This document shows, one piece after another, positions 26,206 to 38,160 of a DNA stretch of 64,000 bases. The DNA is taken from the NCBI GenBank assembly GCA_964016885.1, contig OZ024754.1, positions 29,698,001-29,762,000 on the forward strand, written 5' to 3'. The notes beneath the pieces are model-generated. The model did not search any database. It was not told the origin of the DNA and saw only the letters and a list, made by a program, of their open reading frames with translations. The translations under genes were made by a program, and so were the position numbers. This stretch comes from Eledone cirrhosa. Its lineage: Eukaryota. Numbering within the stretch: the first letter of the stretch is position 1; the number at the start of each line of letters is the position of its first letter.

Positions 26206-26208
<3 letters not shown>
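21738..26208 (-). mobile_element. Dong family A copy 8 (full-length, ~4.47 kb, intact)
   Basis: Same 5' end as copy 1, a ~1-kb 5' UTR, a single intact ORF, a ~75-bp 3' UTR and a (TAA)n tail. Confidence 0.97.
21812..25204 (-). CDS. R4/Dong polyprotein: N-terminal Myb-like region, reverse transcriptase, CCHC finger, restriction-like endonuclease
   Basis: 1130 aa from ATG. Motifs RTNWTKELNRTVMQCY; KSPGPDG; NYRPITCL; WIDYRKAFD; GIFQGDSLSP; FMDD; CRMCGEREETVAHIVSEC; RHD; RPDLVV...DVACP...KINRYQDL. Confidence 0.96.
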   Translation of the reverse strand: METRTSCDRLSPNRCPLAQQQEPDCQPNTADVGGRRRRKGARTNWTKELNRTVMQCYLKSNPKERGYRRRMHNIWNEIGLFKLDEQKLAGQARVIRTNGWISELELEELSRENGLEMAGVVCQTSEPVGNEGEEVLTTEEPPEADNDLSTEINNTWNRDTATEEMNADGLGQDSVDILNLVVDELNNDSGRPMNLRFVDRKKLKETTAKVNKVIPYLEARSLHQCNNILRATANTVRKLPGIKARGNNRQERAEPWWKKRLSGQIGEMRNDIGKLESLLNGTLKNIGTKNRLEIKYKTRSKKLNIMIEELKQRIVAKSAKIRRYENRVSQYKQNRMFDNNQKMLFGQLEGKERGNDLIPGAEQTKTFWRGIWEQDVRHNAQAGWIETVQREIGGQAQQQTDLSITVETLKGQAKKLTNWKSPGPDGVQGYWIKHLTSLHPKLTAMFNDCLVSGVVPEWLTKGTTVLIMKDRIKGNDATNYRPITCLPVMWKLLTSIVSEEIYHHLHTNNLLPDEQKGCRKKSRGTKDQLLIDKMVMGNCRRRHTDLAMGWIDYRKAFDMVPHSWITKSLEIFRVADNIRQLLGRSMGSWETELTSTGVSLGSVKIKRGIFQGDSLSPLLFVLALMPLTIMLRKVRAGYKLGRGELTINHLLFMDDLKLFGKSEKELDVLVDTVRIFSSDICMQFGIGKCGVIVMKRGRLSRSNGIQIPTGEMIKEIDSEEGYKYLGVLEADGIKNKKMKELLRTEYIRRVRSVLKSHLNSRNAISAVNSRAVSIIRYSAGILRWNVAEQKEMDRKTRKLLTIYNMFHKRSDVDRLYLRRSEGGRGLISIEDCVQMEKNNLYKYVTYSKEPMLRTVLKEGTVGQGMSREEITSRRKSSFKGKPLHSTFFEKTEFRDPQTWNWLRRGDLKKATEGMLMAEQEQALKTKWLKHHIYKEEASPLCRMCGEREETVAHIVSECKHLAQTHYKGWRHDVMGRVIHWHLCKVNNLPHSEKWYEHRPEAVMENNQVKVLWDFRIQTDKKLEHNRPDLVVVDKEKRSCLIVDVACPFDTRVQEKEREKINRYQDLKWELKRIWNCHEVKVIPIVIGALGTISKSFQGWLKKIGPFTLFGTLQKACLLGTARTLRYVLNI

Positions 26209-26248
<40 letters not shown>

Positions 26249-26268
26249 GTTATTATTTTCATTATTTT

Positions 26269-28004
26269 GGTGACCTACGTACTAAATCGTACTATCGTGA
26301 GCTCCGCAAAGGTTTGTTATTTTCAGTTGTTTAAAATTGACATTTATGGAAAATTGTTATTGTTAACTGTATATAAGTGCACATACATTCTTTTCTGAAA
26401 AGGACACTCAAAAAGATTGGGGCCTTGAGCCCAAAATTTAAACTTTTATAATTATGAAACAAAGATTTTTCTTTGAAAAATCAAGGACGACTCAGGGTCA
26501 CATCTTCCTCACAAACTAACACCTCACACCGACACCACCATTGTAAATATTACTACGTTTGCCAACACTAAAAATATAAGCAGTAGAAATATTTTAAATT
26601 TGTCTCAGGCAGACATTCATTTCCCGCCATTACCAATGACGGCAGGTGTTAAAGCCGCCACCCCCCACCACCACCACAGCGACAACAGAAACAAAAGAAA
26701 AAAATTAATTAACTCGTGATATCGAAATGAATTCAACCAAAATGAACTCTTCCACACCAAAAACCACTGACACCACCACCACAACTGAAACTAAAATTAA
26801 CAATAACAAAAATAACGATAACAACAGCAACAATGAAATTAAGAAAACGTTTTGCGAGAGTAGCAAAACAGTGCGAAGCATTTCAGGTAACTCAGGAGGA
26901 ATTAGAAGAAGCCAAACAAATGGTAAAGAAAGATGGGTACAGGGTCAGCCTCAACCCCCTCCCCCCTCTAATAAAATGGAGCATAGGCGCCTATGCACCG
27001 TGTCTTATCGAACAATTAACATAAAATCGCGCCGAGTGGAACGGGCATCCGTGTCCCAAATCCACAAAGCTTTGGGACATGTGTGGGCAAAAAAACCCCA
27101 CATCAGACGTGGACAGAAATATGGAACCGTGGACGTGTTCTTTGAAACACCACAGGAGGCTAGAGAACACTCCATGGCCTCATTAAGAAGTGACGACTTC
27201 ACACTCGTCCCAAGCTATTGTGGCCAGAGACTCGTAAAGATCAGGGTGACCCACGTTCCACCGGCCATCGAAATTCCTTGGCTAATAGCTGCCGTCCTCG
27301 CCGGCATCGAAGCCAACACCAAGATAATCGAAATAGTGAAAGAAAAGCAGGAGAACTGGTCCGGATCTGGGATGGAACTCCTGATCCAAGCGGACCAAAA
27401 AAGCATTGAGGAGATCCCAGAGGTAATAAACCTCACTGACGGCAGCCACCACACCGTATTTGTCGAGGGCAGAAGGCCTAGGTGTGTCGTTTGTGGTGAA
27501 GGAACCCACCTAAGGGCTTTCTGCCCTCAGGCTAAAAGGTTGAGGCCACCTCTCCTACCCACACCAGTGACTCAACCATCAACACCACCAGCAGCAGAGA
27601 TGGCAGCAACAACTGTAGCAGCAACAACAGAAGCAACTGTAACAGCAACAATCCCAGCAACAGTAGCAAAACCAACACCACCACCACCCAACACGCCAGA
27701 ACTAACACCAGTGCCTACACCATCCACCACGCCACAAACAAAAACTAACGCCTGTGGAGGATTTTCCACTCCCCGGCCTATCACAACTGGAGACAGATTG
27801 TGATGACGAGGAGTGGGGAACGGTATCTGGAAAAAAGTAAAAAAAGAAACCAAAAAAGAAAAAAATTCTCTTCCTTCCCCCTCCAAAAACAAAATACAGA
27901 GGGAAACAAATAAACTATCAAACAAAAAAGTTAGGACAGATATGCTACCATCCACACCAGCATCACCAACCCCATCACCACAAACACCAACACCATCACC
28001 ATCA
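26269..28004 (+). mobile_element. Tx1/L1-clade element, segment A: 5' UTR and frameshifted ORF1
   Basis: Starts GGTGACCTACGT directly after (TTA)n. ORF 26727..27803 has an RRM-like GQKYGTVDVFF and a gag-type knuckle CVVCGEGTHLRAFC. Homologous to segment B. Confidence 0.9.
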
Positions 28005-28013
28005 CTTCCTCTC

Positions 28014-29839
28014 GGCCCAAAGCCAACCGCCTTCGGGACTGCCGCTAGGTAACGATGGTCGACCCTATCGAAAGCTTTCGACTGATCTAAATTGATCAAG
28101 GACCCACCCGTGCCAGGTTTCCTAGCTACCCTCTCTACAATATATCGCATGAGGTGGAGGTTGTTGTGGATGGATCTGTCGGGAATGGCGCACGTTTGCG
28201 CCTCTCCCACCAGACCCTTGACGACAAGCGCCAACCTCGTTGTTAACACCTTGGCCAAAATCTTGAACTCTGCGTTTAGCAGGGTTATGGGCCTGAAATT
28301 ATCAATAACATCCCCCTTGTTCGGATCCTTTCTCAGCAGCGCCACAGCTCCTCGGCTCACAGAGTTGGAAATTCTCCCGTTCTGTTGCCAATTGCAGTAG
28401 ACGTCCGCCAAGAGGCCTCCGAACAAATCTGGCATTTGTACGTAAAGTTCATAGGGCAGACCATCCAAACCAGGCGATTTACCCCTTGTGCAGCCAGTCA
28501 TTGCCTACCGTTATTCAGCGGCTGTTATCGGCTTTTCGCAACACTCCGCCTCAGTGGCCGAGAGCTGCGGCAGTCCATCGAGGTAGACACTAAAGTCCAT
28601 CCCTCGATTCGGCCCGCCGCTACCCCCGAACAGCTGGGCGAAGTGTCGCTGGAAAGCTTCACACATTTTCCCGGGATCGAGTAGCATGCGCCCGTCGTGA
28701 TCCATCAAAGACCGGATCGTGGCTTTGTTGCTACGACGCGCCTCCGCCGCTCGAGCCCTTTGAACGGCTTTCGTCCCATCGTGTCTGAGAGCACGCACCC
28801 TAGCTCTGACAACGTAGCCTTCGTGCTTTACATTGAAGAATTGGTCAAGGGCCAATTTCACCGCAAGTACGTCGGTCGCGATGCCTTTGCTAAGCCCCTC
28901 GTCTAATTTTCTAACTAATTCTCCCTCTGCTCTTTTTTTTGCTAAAGCCTTACTAAACCTAATGGACACTATTCTAATTTCTCTTTTCAGAGCAAACCAC
29001 CACCTGTTGTTGACGATGGCCCCCGTCAACGCCCGCTTAACTAGTTCGCTAATCCGGTCTCTGTAGGCCTTGCGCGCTGGTAAGGACGCGTTTAGCTTCC
29101 AGTAGCCGGGTCCTCGTCTATGAAGCCTATCTAAGTCAAGCACACAGATCACGAATTTGTGGTCTGTGTAGCTGACTATCTAGAATTGTGGACAGCCTAT
29201 GCTAGACCTATCTATTTCCCTACAAAATACTCTATCTAGATATGATCTGGATGACCCTATGCGATTTGTCCAAGTCCACATTGGTACATTCGGGAAATCC
29301 AATCGGTACCTGTCAGACAGTTCAAAACGCCTAAGCAGGTTGGTGAGACTCTTGCACCCTCCTTCCCTATCCACTAATCCCACACAATCCCAGCGTGCAT
29401 CTAAGATCCCGTTCCAGTCGCCCACTAACACTAAAGAGCGGGACGTTCCAAGAAAGGTCTCCAGACGCCGGAAGAAATCAGGCCGCCCTGCTCCTGTCGG
29501 GGCATAGACGGCCACTAACCTGAAAGCTTGCCCGTCTCCGCTGGTCACGTCCAGCACCACCAACTTACCTTCTGGGTCCAGGAAGATGGCCCGTATGGCA
29601 AGATCCAAACCTCTCCGAAAAAGCACAGCAACTCCTCCCCCCGATCCCGGACGGCTGGGAGATGCGTACACATCGTAGCCGCCGAAGATCGGTGCGAAAG
29701 CCTGTGCTTCGGAGATTCTGGTCTCGCTGATGGCCACTACATCTATGTTTAGTGACCTGAGGTCGTTGTGCAGGTGGCCCTGCTTCCATGACGACCCCAA
29801 GCCACGCGCATTTATGCTGCCTATTCTGAGTGAGGTCAT
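28014..29839 (-). pseudogene. Tx1 ORF2 N-terminal half (APE endonuclease, linker, RT start)
   Basis: GSINARGL, VAISETR, VYAP, GDWN, YLDRVF, TDHK, GPGYWKLN, KSPGLDGLP, NFRPITLLN, LDQSKAFDRV. Stops at 29180 and 28511. Confidence 0.92.
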
Positions 29840-29873
29840 GTTGAAAAGGAGTGGAAAAGATGGGAAAGACCAC

Positions 29874-31872
29874 TTACCTTACTTCTCGTAGGGGAAGGAC
29901 GGCTTTTCCATCCTTTTCACTGCTTGTGGCCTCCTCAGGAAGGATGTCCTTATAAATCCTCCTGGAGAGTGCTTGTCGGAAGTCTCCGATGTCTTTGGGG
30001 AATTTTTGTTTTAGTGTCATGTACGTTTTCTGTGTGATGCGAGTGATTTGTATGTGTGCAGGTGGTGTGAATTTTGGGGTTGTTGTGTAGTCTTTTTCTG
30101 TGATGCTGGTGTTGTGTTGGATGTAGTGTAATAATTGCTTGTTGTTCAAATTTGATGCTGTGTAGTGTGTATCGTTTTGGTTGTTTTGTTTTGTTTGCGT
30201 TTGTTGTGGGTTTGTTTCTATTTCGCATTTTGGTGACTTTTGTGGTGTAGGTGATGGTGGTGTTGGAGTTAATGATGGTGATGGTGTTGGTGTTTGGGTT
30301 GATGGGGTTGGTGATGCTGGTGTGGATGGTGGCATATCTGTCCTAACTTTTTTGTTTCTTAGTTTATTTGTTTCCCTCTGTATTTTGTTTTTGGAGGGGG
30401 AAGGAAGAGAATTTTTTCTTTTTTGGTTTCTTTTTTTTTTTTCCGGATATCGTTTCCCACTCCTCGTCGTCCCAATCTGTCTCCAGTTGTGATAGGCCGG
30501 GGAGTGGAAAATCCTCCACAGCTGTTAGTTTTGGTTGAGGTGTGGTGGATGGTGTAGGCGCTGGTGCTAGTTCTGAAGCGTTGGGTGGTGGTGGTGTTGG
30601 TTTTGCTGGTGGTGGTAGTGGTGTTGGTTTTGCTACTGTTGCTGGGGTTGTTGCTGTTATAGTTGCTTCTGTTGTTGCTGCTACAGTTGTTGCTGCCATC
30701 TCTGCTACTGGTGGTGTTGATGGTTGTGTCACTGGGGTGGGTAGGAGAGGTGGCCTCAACCTTTTAGCCTGAGGGCAGAAAGCCCTTAGGTGGGTTCCTT
30801 CACCACAAACGACACACCTAGGTCTTCTGCCCTCGACAATTACCGTGAGGTGGCTGCCGTCGTTGAGGTCTATTACCTCTGAGATCTCCTCAATGCTTTT
30901 TTGGTCCGCTTGGATCAGGAGCTCCATCCCAGATCCGGACCAGTTTTCCTGCTTTTCTTTTGCTACTGCTATTATTTTCGTGTTGGCTTCGATGCCGGCG
31001 AGGACAGCCGCTATTAGCCAGGGAATTTCGATGGCCGGTGGAACGTGGGTCACCCTGATCTTTACGAGTCTCTGGCCACAATAGCTTGGGACGAGTGTGA
31101 GGTCGTCACTTTTTAATGGGGCCATGGAGTGTTCTCTAGCCTCCTCTGGTGTTTCAAAGAACACATCCACGGTTCCATACTTTTGCCCACGTCTGATGTG
31201 GGTTTTTCTTGCCCACACATGTCCCAAAGCTTTTTGGATTTGGGACTCGGATGCCCGTTCCACTCGGCGCGATTTTACATTTATTGTTCTATACGACACG
31301 GTGCACAGGCGCCGATGCTCCATTTTATTAGGTGGGGGGGTGAGGCTGACCCTGTACCCATCTTTCTTTACCATTTGTTTGGCATTTTCTAAATCTTCTT
31401 GAGTTACCGTGAACGCTTCGAATTGTTTTGCTACGATGGCGAAACTGAGGGTCGGTTTTATAATGTCATTGTTGTTGTTGTTGCTATCGTTAATATTAAT
31501 TTTAATTTCAGTTGTGGTGGTGGTGGTGACGTCAGTCGTCTTTGGTGGGGAAGAGTCCATTTTGCTTGATTTCATTTCGACGTCACGAGTTAATTTATTT
31601 TTTTCTTCTTTTGTTTCTGTTGTCGCGGTGGTGGTGGTGGTGGTGGTGGTGGTGGTTGTCGCGGTGGTGGTGGTGGTGGAGGGTTTAACGCCTGCAGGCA
31701 TTGGTAATGGCGGGAAATGAATGTCTGCCTGAGACAAATTTAAAATATTGCTACTGCTTATATTTTTTTTTGTGTTGGCAAACGTAGTAACATTTACAAT
31801 GGTGGTGTCGGTGTGAGGTGTTATTTTGTGAGGAAGGCTTTCAGCTGCTTCGTGCAGAGGGGAATTAGCCAT
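29874..31872 (-). pseudogene. Tx1 ORF1 (nucleic-acid-binding, CCHC knuckle, Pro/Thr-rich), frameshifted near 30430
   Basis: ORFs 30364..31872 and 29874..30335, containing RPRCVVCGEGTHLRAFCPQ. Confidence 0.85.
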
Positions 31873-32081
31873 TTTTTTTCAAAGAAAATTTTGGATAATA
31901 ATAAAAGTTAAAATTTTGGGCACAAGGCCCCAATTTTTTTGGGTGTCCTTTTCGGAAAACAATGTATGTGTGCTTATAAACAGTTTACAATAAAATTTTC
32001 CATAAATGGCAATTTTTAAACAAACGGAAATAACAAACCTCTGCGGAGCTCACGATAATACGATTTCCTACGTAGGTCGCC

Positions 32082-32120
<39 letters not shown>
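32082..32120. repeat. (AAT)n tract, the only one in the cluster in reversed orientation
   Basis: All other tracts between 7.1 and 36.15 kb read (TTA)n on +. Confidence 0.97.
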
Positions 32121-32121
<1 letters not shown>

Positions 32122-33436
32122 TTTTCTTTATTAACCACAAGGTTTTACATAAAGTAGACATTAAGGACAGTACAGGACAATACAGGACGTTACAAATGGG
32201 CATTTCTGCGTGTAATAAAAAAATAACAATGAAAAATTCCCCAATAGGGGGAGACTTCCGAGGGACATTTGTGGAGAAAGCCCATTAAAAGGCCACAGTG
32301 ACCCTGACCACCAGGGCAAGTGCCCTCTCCCAGTTTTCCACCTTTAATTTACAGACACATACTCAGAGTAGGCCCATTCACTCGGGCCATACTTGCTTCT
32401 CTCACCCATCTTTCAACAAAATGCTGGGAAGAGAGCACTTCCCTCTCTACCCTGATTTTCCTTTTCAAATGAAATTTGAAAAAGTTAATCAGGGCATCAC
32501 CGAAGAAGTGAGTGCTCGTCTTCAGCCCTTTCAAACGTATTCACCATACTATCTCTTTCGCCATGGTCACCAGACAGATAAAAACTGCCTGCCCTTCCCG
32601 GCTAAAGGAAGAGGGCGGGGCAATCCTCACGATGGACTCAGCTGATAGCTGGATCCGCCCTACACGTGACAGCAGGTGTTCGACATAAACCCACAAGTCA
32701 GCAATGCTCGGACACTGGACGAGTGCATGCAGGACGGTTTCATCGCCCTGCGCGCATCTCGGACATGCCCGGCTGACGGCACCTCCATGCCTGTAGAGTT
32801 TATCCCGAACTGGCAAAGCTCCTCGGTAGCACTGCCAGGCCAGGGATTTCTGGAAGTTGTCCATAGGCCCCGGCCCGAAAGTTCTCCCGAAGAGATTGGC
32901 TAGTTGAATTTCGTCGACGCCTAGAGTTTCTCCAAGTACGTCGTCTATCTTCCCCTCCACTAATTCTCTATAGAACGCCAAGGTGGAGTTTCCAACGATC
33001 ACATTGCCCGATTGGTCGAGGGCTGTGAGCGCCTGAAGACATTCCAGTCACCAAGCGCTCTCTCTCGGTCTTCGCTTAACCCAGGACTGCAACTCCGCCA
33101 AGGAGACGAGCTGGGGAAAGACGTGTCTAGCAAACGGAGACCACACCTGATGACCGTCGAGGAAGAGGTGGAGATGTCGTAGCCTGAGCGCGTGTCTGCG
33201 CATCATAAGCCTCGGCATGCCCAGACCTCCACATAGCGGGTATTGACAGCAGATGGACCGCCTGACCATCGGAGCGCGTCGCTTCCACAAAAAGCGAAAG
33301 AGCAAACGCTCCAGCGCAGTCAGGCGGGGCTTAGGACAAGTTACGACGGTCAGGCGGTAGTAGATGACGGACGCGATGTACGCGTTAGCCACCTCCGTTC
33401 GGCCTTTCAGGGATAGCTTCCTCTCGGCCCATTTCT
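32121..33436 (-). mobile_element. Tx1-clade element, segment C: ORF2 C-terminus and 3' UTR
   Basis: From KWAERKLSL through CPRCAQGDETVLHALVQC to the 3' end TTAATAAAGAAAAC plus (ATT)n. Confidence 0.92.
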
Positions 33437-36095
33437 ACCAATTCTTCAATGCAAAGCACGAAGGCTGCGTTGTCAGAGCTAGGGTGCGTGCTCTCAGACA
33501 CGAGGGGACGAAAGCCGTTCAATGGGCCCGAGTGGCGGAGGCGCGTCGTGGCAACAAAGCCACGATCCGGTCTTTGGTGGACCACGACGGGCGCATGCTA
33601 CTCGATCCCGGGCAAATGTGTGAAGCTTTTCAGCGACACTTCGCTCAACTGTTCGGGGGCAGTGGCGGGCCGGATCGAGGGATGGACTTTAGTGTCTACC
33701 TCGACGGACTGCCGCGGCTTTCGTCCACTGAGGCGGAGTGTTGCGAAAAGCCGATAACAACCGCTGAAGTACGGGGGCAATGACTGGCTGCACAAGGGGT
33801 AAATCGCCTGGTTTGGATGGTCTGCCCTATGAACTTTACGTACAAATGCCAAACTTGTTCGGAGGCCTCTTGGCGGACGTCTACTGCAACTGGCAACAGA
33901 ACGGGAGAATTCCCAGCTCTGTGAGCCGAGGAGCGGTGGCGCTGCTGAGAAAGGATCCGAACAAGGGGGATAACATAGATAATTTTAGGCCCATAACTCT
34001 GCTAAACACAGAGTTCAAGATTTTGGCCAAGGTGCTAGCAAAGAGGTTGGCGCTTGTCGTTGGTGGTCTGGTGGGAGAGGCACAGACATGCGCCATTCCC
34101 GACAGATCCATCCACGACAACCTCCACCTCATGCGATACATCGTAGAGAGGGTAGCTAGGGAACCTGGCACGGGTGGGTCTTTGATCAATTTAGATCAGT
34201 CGAAAGCCTTCGATAGGGTCGACCATCGTTACCTAGCGGCAGTCCTGAGGGCGGCTGGCTTTGGGCCCGTCTTCAGAGGCTGGATCGCTGCCATGCACAG
34301 CGACATCTGCTCTGTAGTGAGAGTGAACGGTCACCTTTCGGAACCGTTCAACATCATGCGCTCGGTCCGCCAAGGATGTCCCCTCTCGTCCCTATTGTAC
34401 GTATTGACTCTCGAGCCATTACTGCACAAACTGGAGACGTTGAGGGGGGTCCCGCGCGAACTAGGATGCGGAAGATCCGTGTCAGCATATGCCGACGATG
34501 TCACCGTAGTGGTGTCGAACGCCAAACACATCGAGGCGATCGGCACTACACTAAGAGAATACGAAGCGGTGACAGGAGCAATGATCAACCAGGAAAAGTC
34601 AGTGGGCCTGCAGCTCGGCACCTGGAGAGGCAGGTCCATGCCGTCCAACAGCGTCGTCGGGCGCTGGACGGACGGACCGGTTAAATTGCTAGGGGTCTGG
34701 TTCGGTCTAGACCTCCAGACGGACAAAAACTGGGACGAGGTGACGAGCAGGGTGGCTTCTCTCACCCAGAAATGGGCCGAGAGGAAGCTATCCCTGAAAG
34801 GTCGAGCGGAGGTGGCGAATGCGTACATCGCATCCGTCATCTACTACCGCCTGACCGTCGTACCTTGTCCTAAGCCCCGCCTGACTGCGCTGGAGCGTTT
34901 GCTCTTTCGCTTCTTGTGGAAGGGACGCACTCCGATGGTCAGGCGGTCCATCTGCTGTCAACACCCGCTACGTGGAGGGCTGGGCATGCCGTGGCTGATG
35001 ATGCGCAGACACGCGCTCAGGCTACGACATCTCCACCTCTTCCTCGACGGTGATCAGGTGTGGTCGCCGTTTGCAAGACACGTTTTTCCCCAGCTCGTCT
35101 CCTTGACGGAGCTGCAGTCCTGGGTCAAGCGAAGACCGAGAGGGAGCGCTTGGAGACTGGAATGTCTTCAGGCGCTCACAGCCCTCGACCAATCGGGCAA
35201 TGTGATCGGTGGAAACTCCACCTTGGCGTTCTATAGGGGATTAGTGGAGGGGAAGAGCGACGACGTACTTGCAGAAACTCTAGGCGTCGACGAAAATCAA
35301 CTAGCCAATCTCTTCGGAAGGACTTTCGGGCCGGGGCCTATGGACAACTTCCAGAAATCCCTGGCCTGGCAGTGCTACCGAGGAGCTTTGCCAGTTCGGG
35401 ATAAACTCTACAGGCATGGAGGTGCCGTCAGCCGGGCATGTCCGAGATGCGCGCAGGGCGACGAAACCGTCCTGCACGCACTCGTCCAGTGTCCGAGCAT
35501 TGCTGACTTGTGGGTTTATGTCGAACACCTGCTGTCACGTGTAGGACGGATCCAGCTATCAGCTGAGTCCATCGTGAGGATTGCCCCGCCCCCACCTTTA
35601 GCCTGGAAGGGCAGGCAGTTTTTATCTGTCTGGTGGCCATGGCGAAAGAGATAGTATGGTGGACACGTTTGAAAGGGCTGAAGACGAGCACTTACCTCTT
35701 CGGTGATGCCCTGATTAACTTTTTCAAATTTCATTTGAAAAGGAAAATCAGGGTAGAGAGGGAAGTGCTCTCTTCCCAGCATTTTGTTGAAAGATGGGTG
35801 AGAGAAGCAAGTATGGCCCGAATGAATGGGCCTTATCTGAGTATGTGTCTGTAAATTAAAGGTGGAAAACTGGGAGAGGGCACTTGCCCTGGTGGTCAGG
35901 GCCACTGTGGTCTTTTAATGGGCTTTCTCCACAAATGTCCCTTGGAAGTCTCCCCCTATTGGGGAATTTTTCTTTGTTATTTTATTTCAACCTCTGTTTT
36001 TTTACACGCAGAAATGCCCATTTGTACCGTCCTGTATTGTCCTGTACTGTCCTTAATGTCTACTTTATGTGAACCCTTGTGGTTAATAAAGAAAA

Positions 36096-36096
<1 letters not shown>
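33437..36096 (+). mobile_element. Tx1-clade element, segment D: ORF2 linker, RT, CCHC finger, 3' UTR and (TTA)n tail
   Basis: ORFs 33364..33783, 33780..35654 and 35633..35854 (two frameshifts). Motifs VRQGCPLS, AYADDV and CPRC...H...C. AATAAA just before the tail. Confidence 0.94.
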
Positions 36097-36150
<54 letters not shown>

Positions 36151-36159
36151 ATTTACCTA

Positions 36160-36530
36160 TTTCTTCTCCTTCGCCCATCTATTCCTGAGAGGGCTGTGGG
36201 GACAGGGTTCTCAAACACTCCTTCCACTGGGTCCTGTTAGAAGCAACTCCCTCTAACTGATCCCTCTTGCTCGGGGTCTACCCCTGGGTCTCTTACGGAT
36301 TTGCCCGTTAATCCAGCAATTCTTTCCTGAAACATTCTAACCACATGCCCATAGTATCGGAGCTGTGATCTCTCAATTCGGCGAAGTAGTGGCTCTACTT
36401 GAAGGGATTTTCTGATCTCCGAGCTGTGCACTTTATCGAGTAACATATTCCCAAGACCCTCCGAAAGAAATCCCATTTTGGCCGCTTATATTCGCGATTA
36501 TATTATTTTGGTCATTACCGACGATTCAAG
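36160..36530 (-). mobile_element. RTE-clade LINE 3' fragment
   Basis: LDKVHSSEIRKSLQVEPLLRRIERSQLRYYGHVVRM...G(K)RPRGRP-like C-terminal signature typical of RTE elements. Confidence 0.75.
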
Positions 36531-37552
36531 ACCCTAGGTAAGTTTTGGTATGAGTACCGAATTGAAGATAGCGGGTTTGGCTTTTTTACACTTACCTCCC
36601 TTCTTCTCATTACCGAATGCTGAAGCTGGTGGATTACTACACCAGATCCTGCATTGCTTGCATTTAATTCATATGTTCAATGCGATGAATAGTCTCTTGC
36701 GAGGAAGTGTGTCTCAATTTTCGCAGCATTGATATTCATTCCAGCCCTACCACAACATATAGGTGATCGCGCGCGCGCGCACGTGTGTGTGTGTGTGTGT
36801 GCGCGTGCGCGTGTGTGTGTGTTTGTGTAATTACAAGATAATAATTGTGCGACACAGATTTAAGTTAAATGTATGGTCTACGCCGAAACTCAGGTTTGTT
36901 TTGTCATTGTTTGTATTAGAACTTTCCCTTTAAAAATATATTTCACACACACTCTCACACACACAGACACACAAACACACCCATACATAAACACACACAA
37001 CACATACACAGAGAGACGTGAACATTCATTTGATAGAACATAATCTTTACGTTTGGAGATTTTAGAAATTTCCACCCATGAGATTATCAGTATTAAATAT
37101 ATAAACATCAGATTCGCCCATTTCTAGAAATATTTCTTGATTGAAGGAGGAGATTTGAAATATATGTGAAGTTACTACATGATTGAATATACAATAGTTG
37201 TAATAAAATTAATCTTTCCCTTATATCTTGCTCTTTTCTGTGGTAAACACGAATTTATGGGAGGCAATCAATGTAACAAATGAAGACAATTCTTTTTCCT
37301 TTACATTCTTCCATAGATTTCATATTATATTTATAGATGACTCTTTGTTTATTATTTCCAAGAGAACATTCTGACAGTTTAATACCTTCGCTCTAAATTG
37401 ATATATACCCCTAATTATATAGATTTATCAACGATACTCCAACATGAATTCAGATATTGGTGCTAATAATTTCAATGCAACTCACACCAGATCTCATTGT
37501 TAGTTCCATGTGTGTGTTTATATAATAAAGGAAGGTAATGAAGAACTTCTTT

Positions 37553-37572
37553 GATATATATATATATATATA

Positions 37573-37643
<71 letters not shown>

Positions 37644-37782
37644 TGTGTGTGTGTGTGTGTATGTGTGGGTGTGGGTGTGGGTGTATGTGTGTGTGTGTGC
37701 GTGAGTGTGTGTGTGAGTGTGTGTGTGTGTATGTGTGTGTATGTGTGTGTGTGTGTGTGTGAGTGTGTGTGTGTGTGTGTGC

Positions 37783-37813
<31 letters not shown>

Positions 37814-37872
37814 CGTACGTGTGTGTGTGTGTGTGAGTGTGTGTGTGTGTTTATGTGTGTGTGTGTGTGTGT

Positions 37873-37950
<78 letters not shown>

Positions 37951-38037
37951 GTGTAGGACATCTGATGGTAGCTATAACTGGAACCCGAAACCAATGTAGA
38001 TATCTCTATGGAAAATTTGATCGAGAGATTAGGAGAG

Positions 38038-38104
<67 letters not shown>

Positions 38105-38160
38105 GAGATAGAGAGAAAGAGAGAGAGAGAGAGAAAGAGAGAGAGGGCAAGAGAGAGAAA
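37553..38160. repeat. Compound (TA)n/(GT)n/(GC)n and (GA)n microsatellite
   Basis: Directly visible. Confidence 0.97.

Larger units (their letters stand above)
28005..32081 (-). mobile_element. Tx1-clade element, segment B: 5' UTR, ORF1, AP endonuclease and N-terminal RT (3' part absent)
   Basis: 5' end GGCGACCTACGT at 32081; ORF1 from 31872; ORF2 from 29839, broken by stops; ends at GFG in the RT. Confidence 0.93.

Noticed and set aside
26269-26330. HDV-like ribozyme at the Tx1 5' end (starts GG(C/T)GACC)
   Set aside because: P1, P2, P3 and P1.1 could not be assigned consistently by eye. A descriptor search would be needed.
27572-28501. 309-aa ORF and the 139-aa ORF 33364..33783 as novel fusion genes
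   Set aside because: They run across rearrangement junctions into antisense Tx1 sequence.
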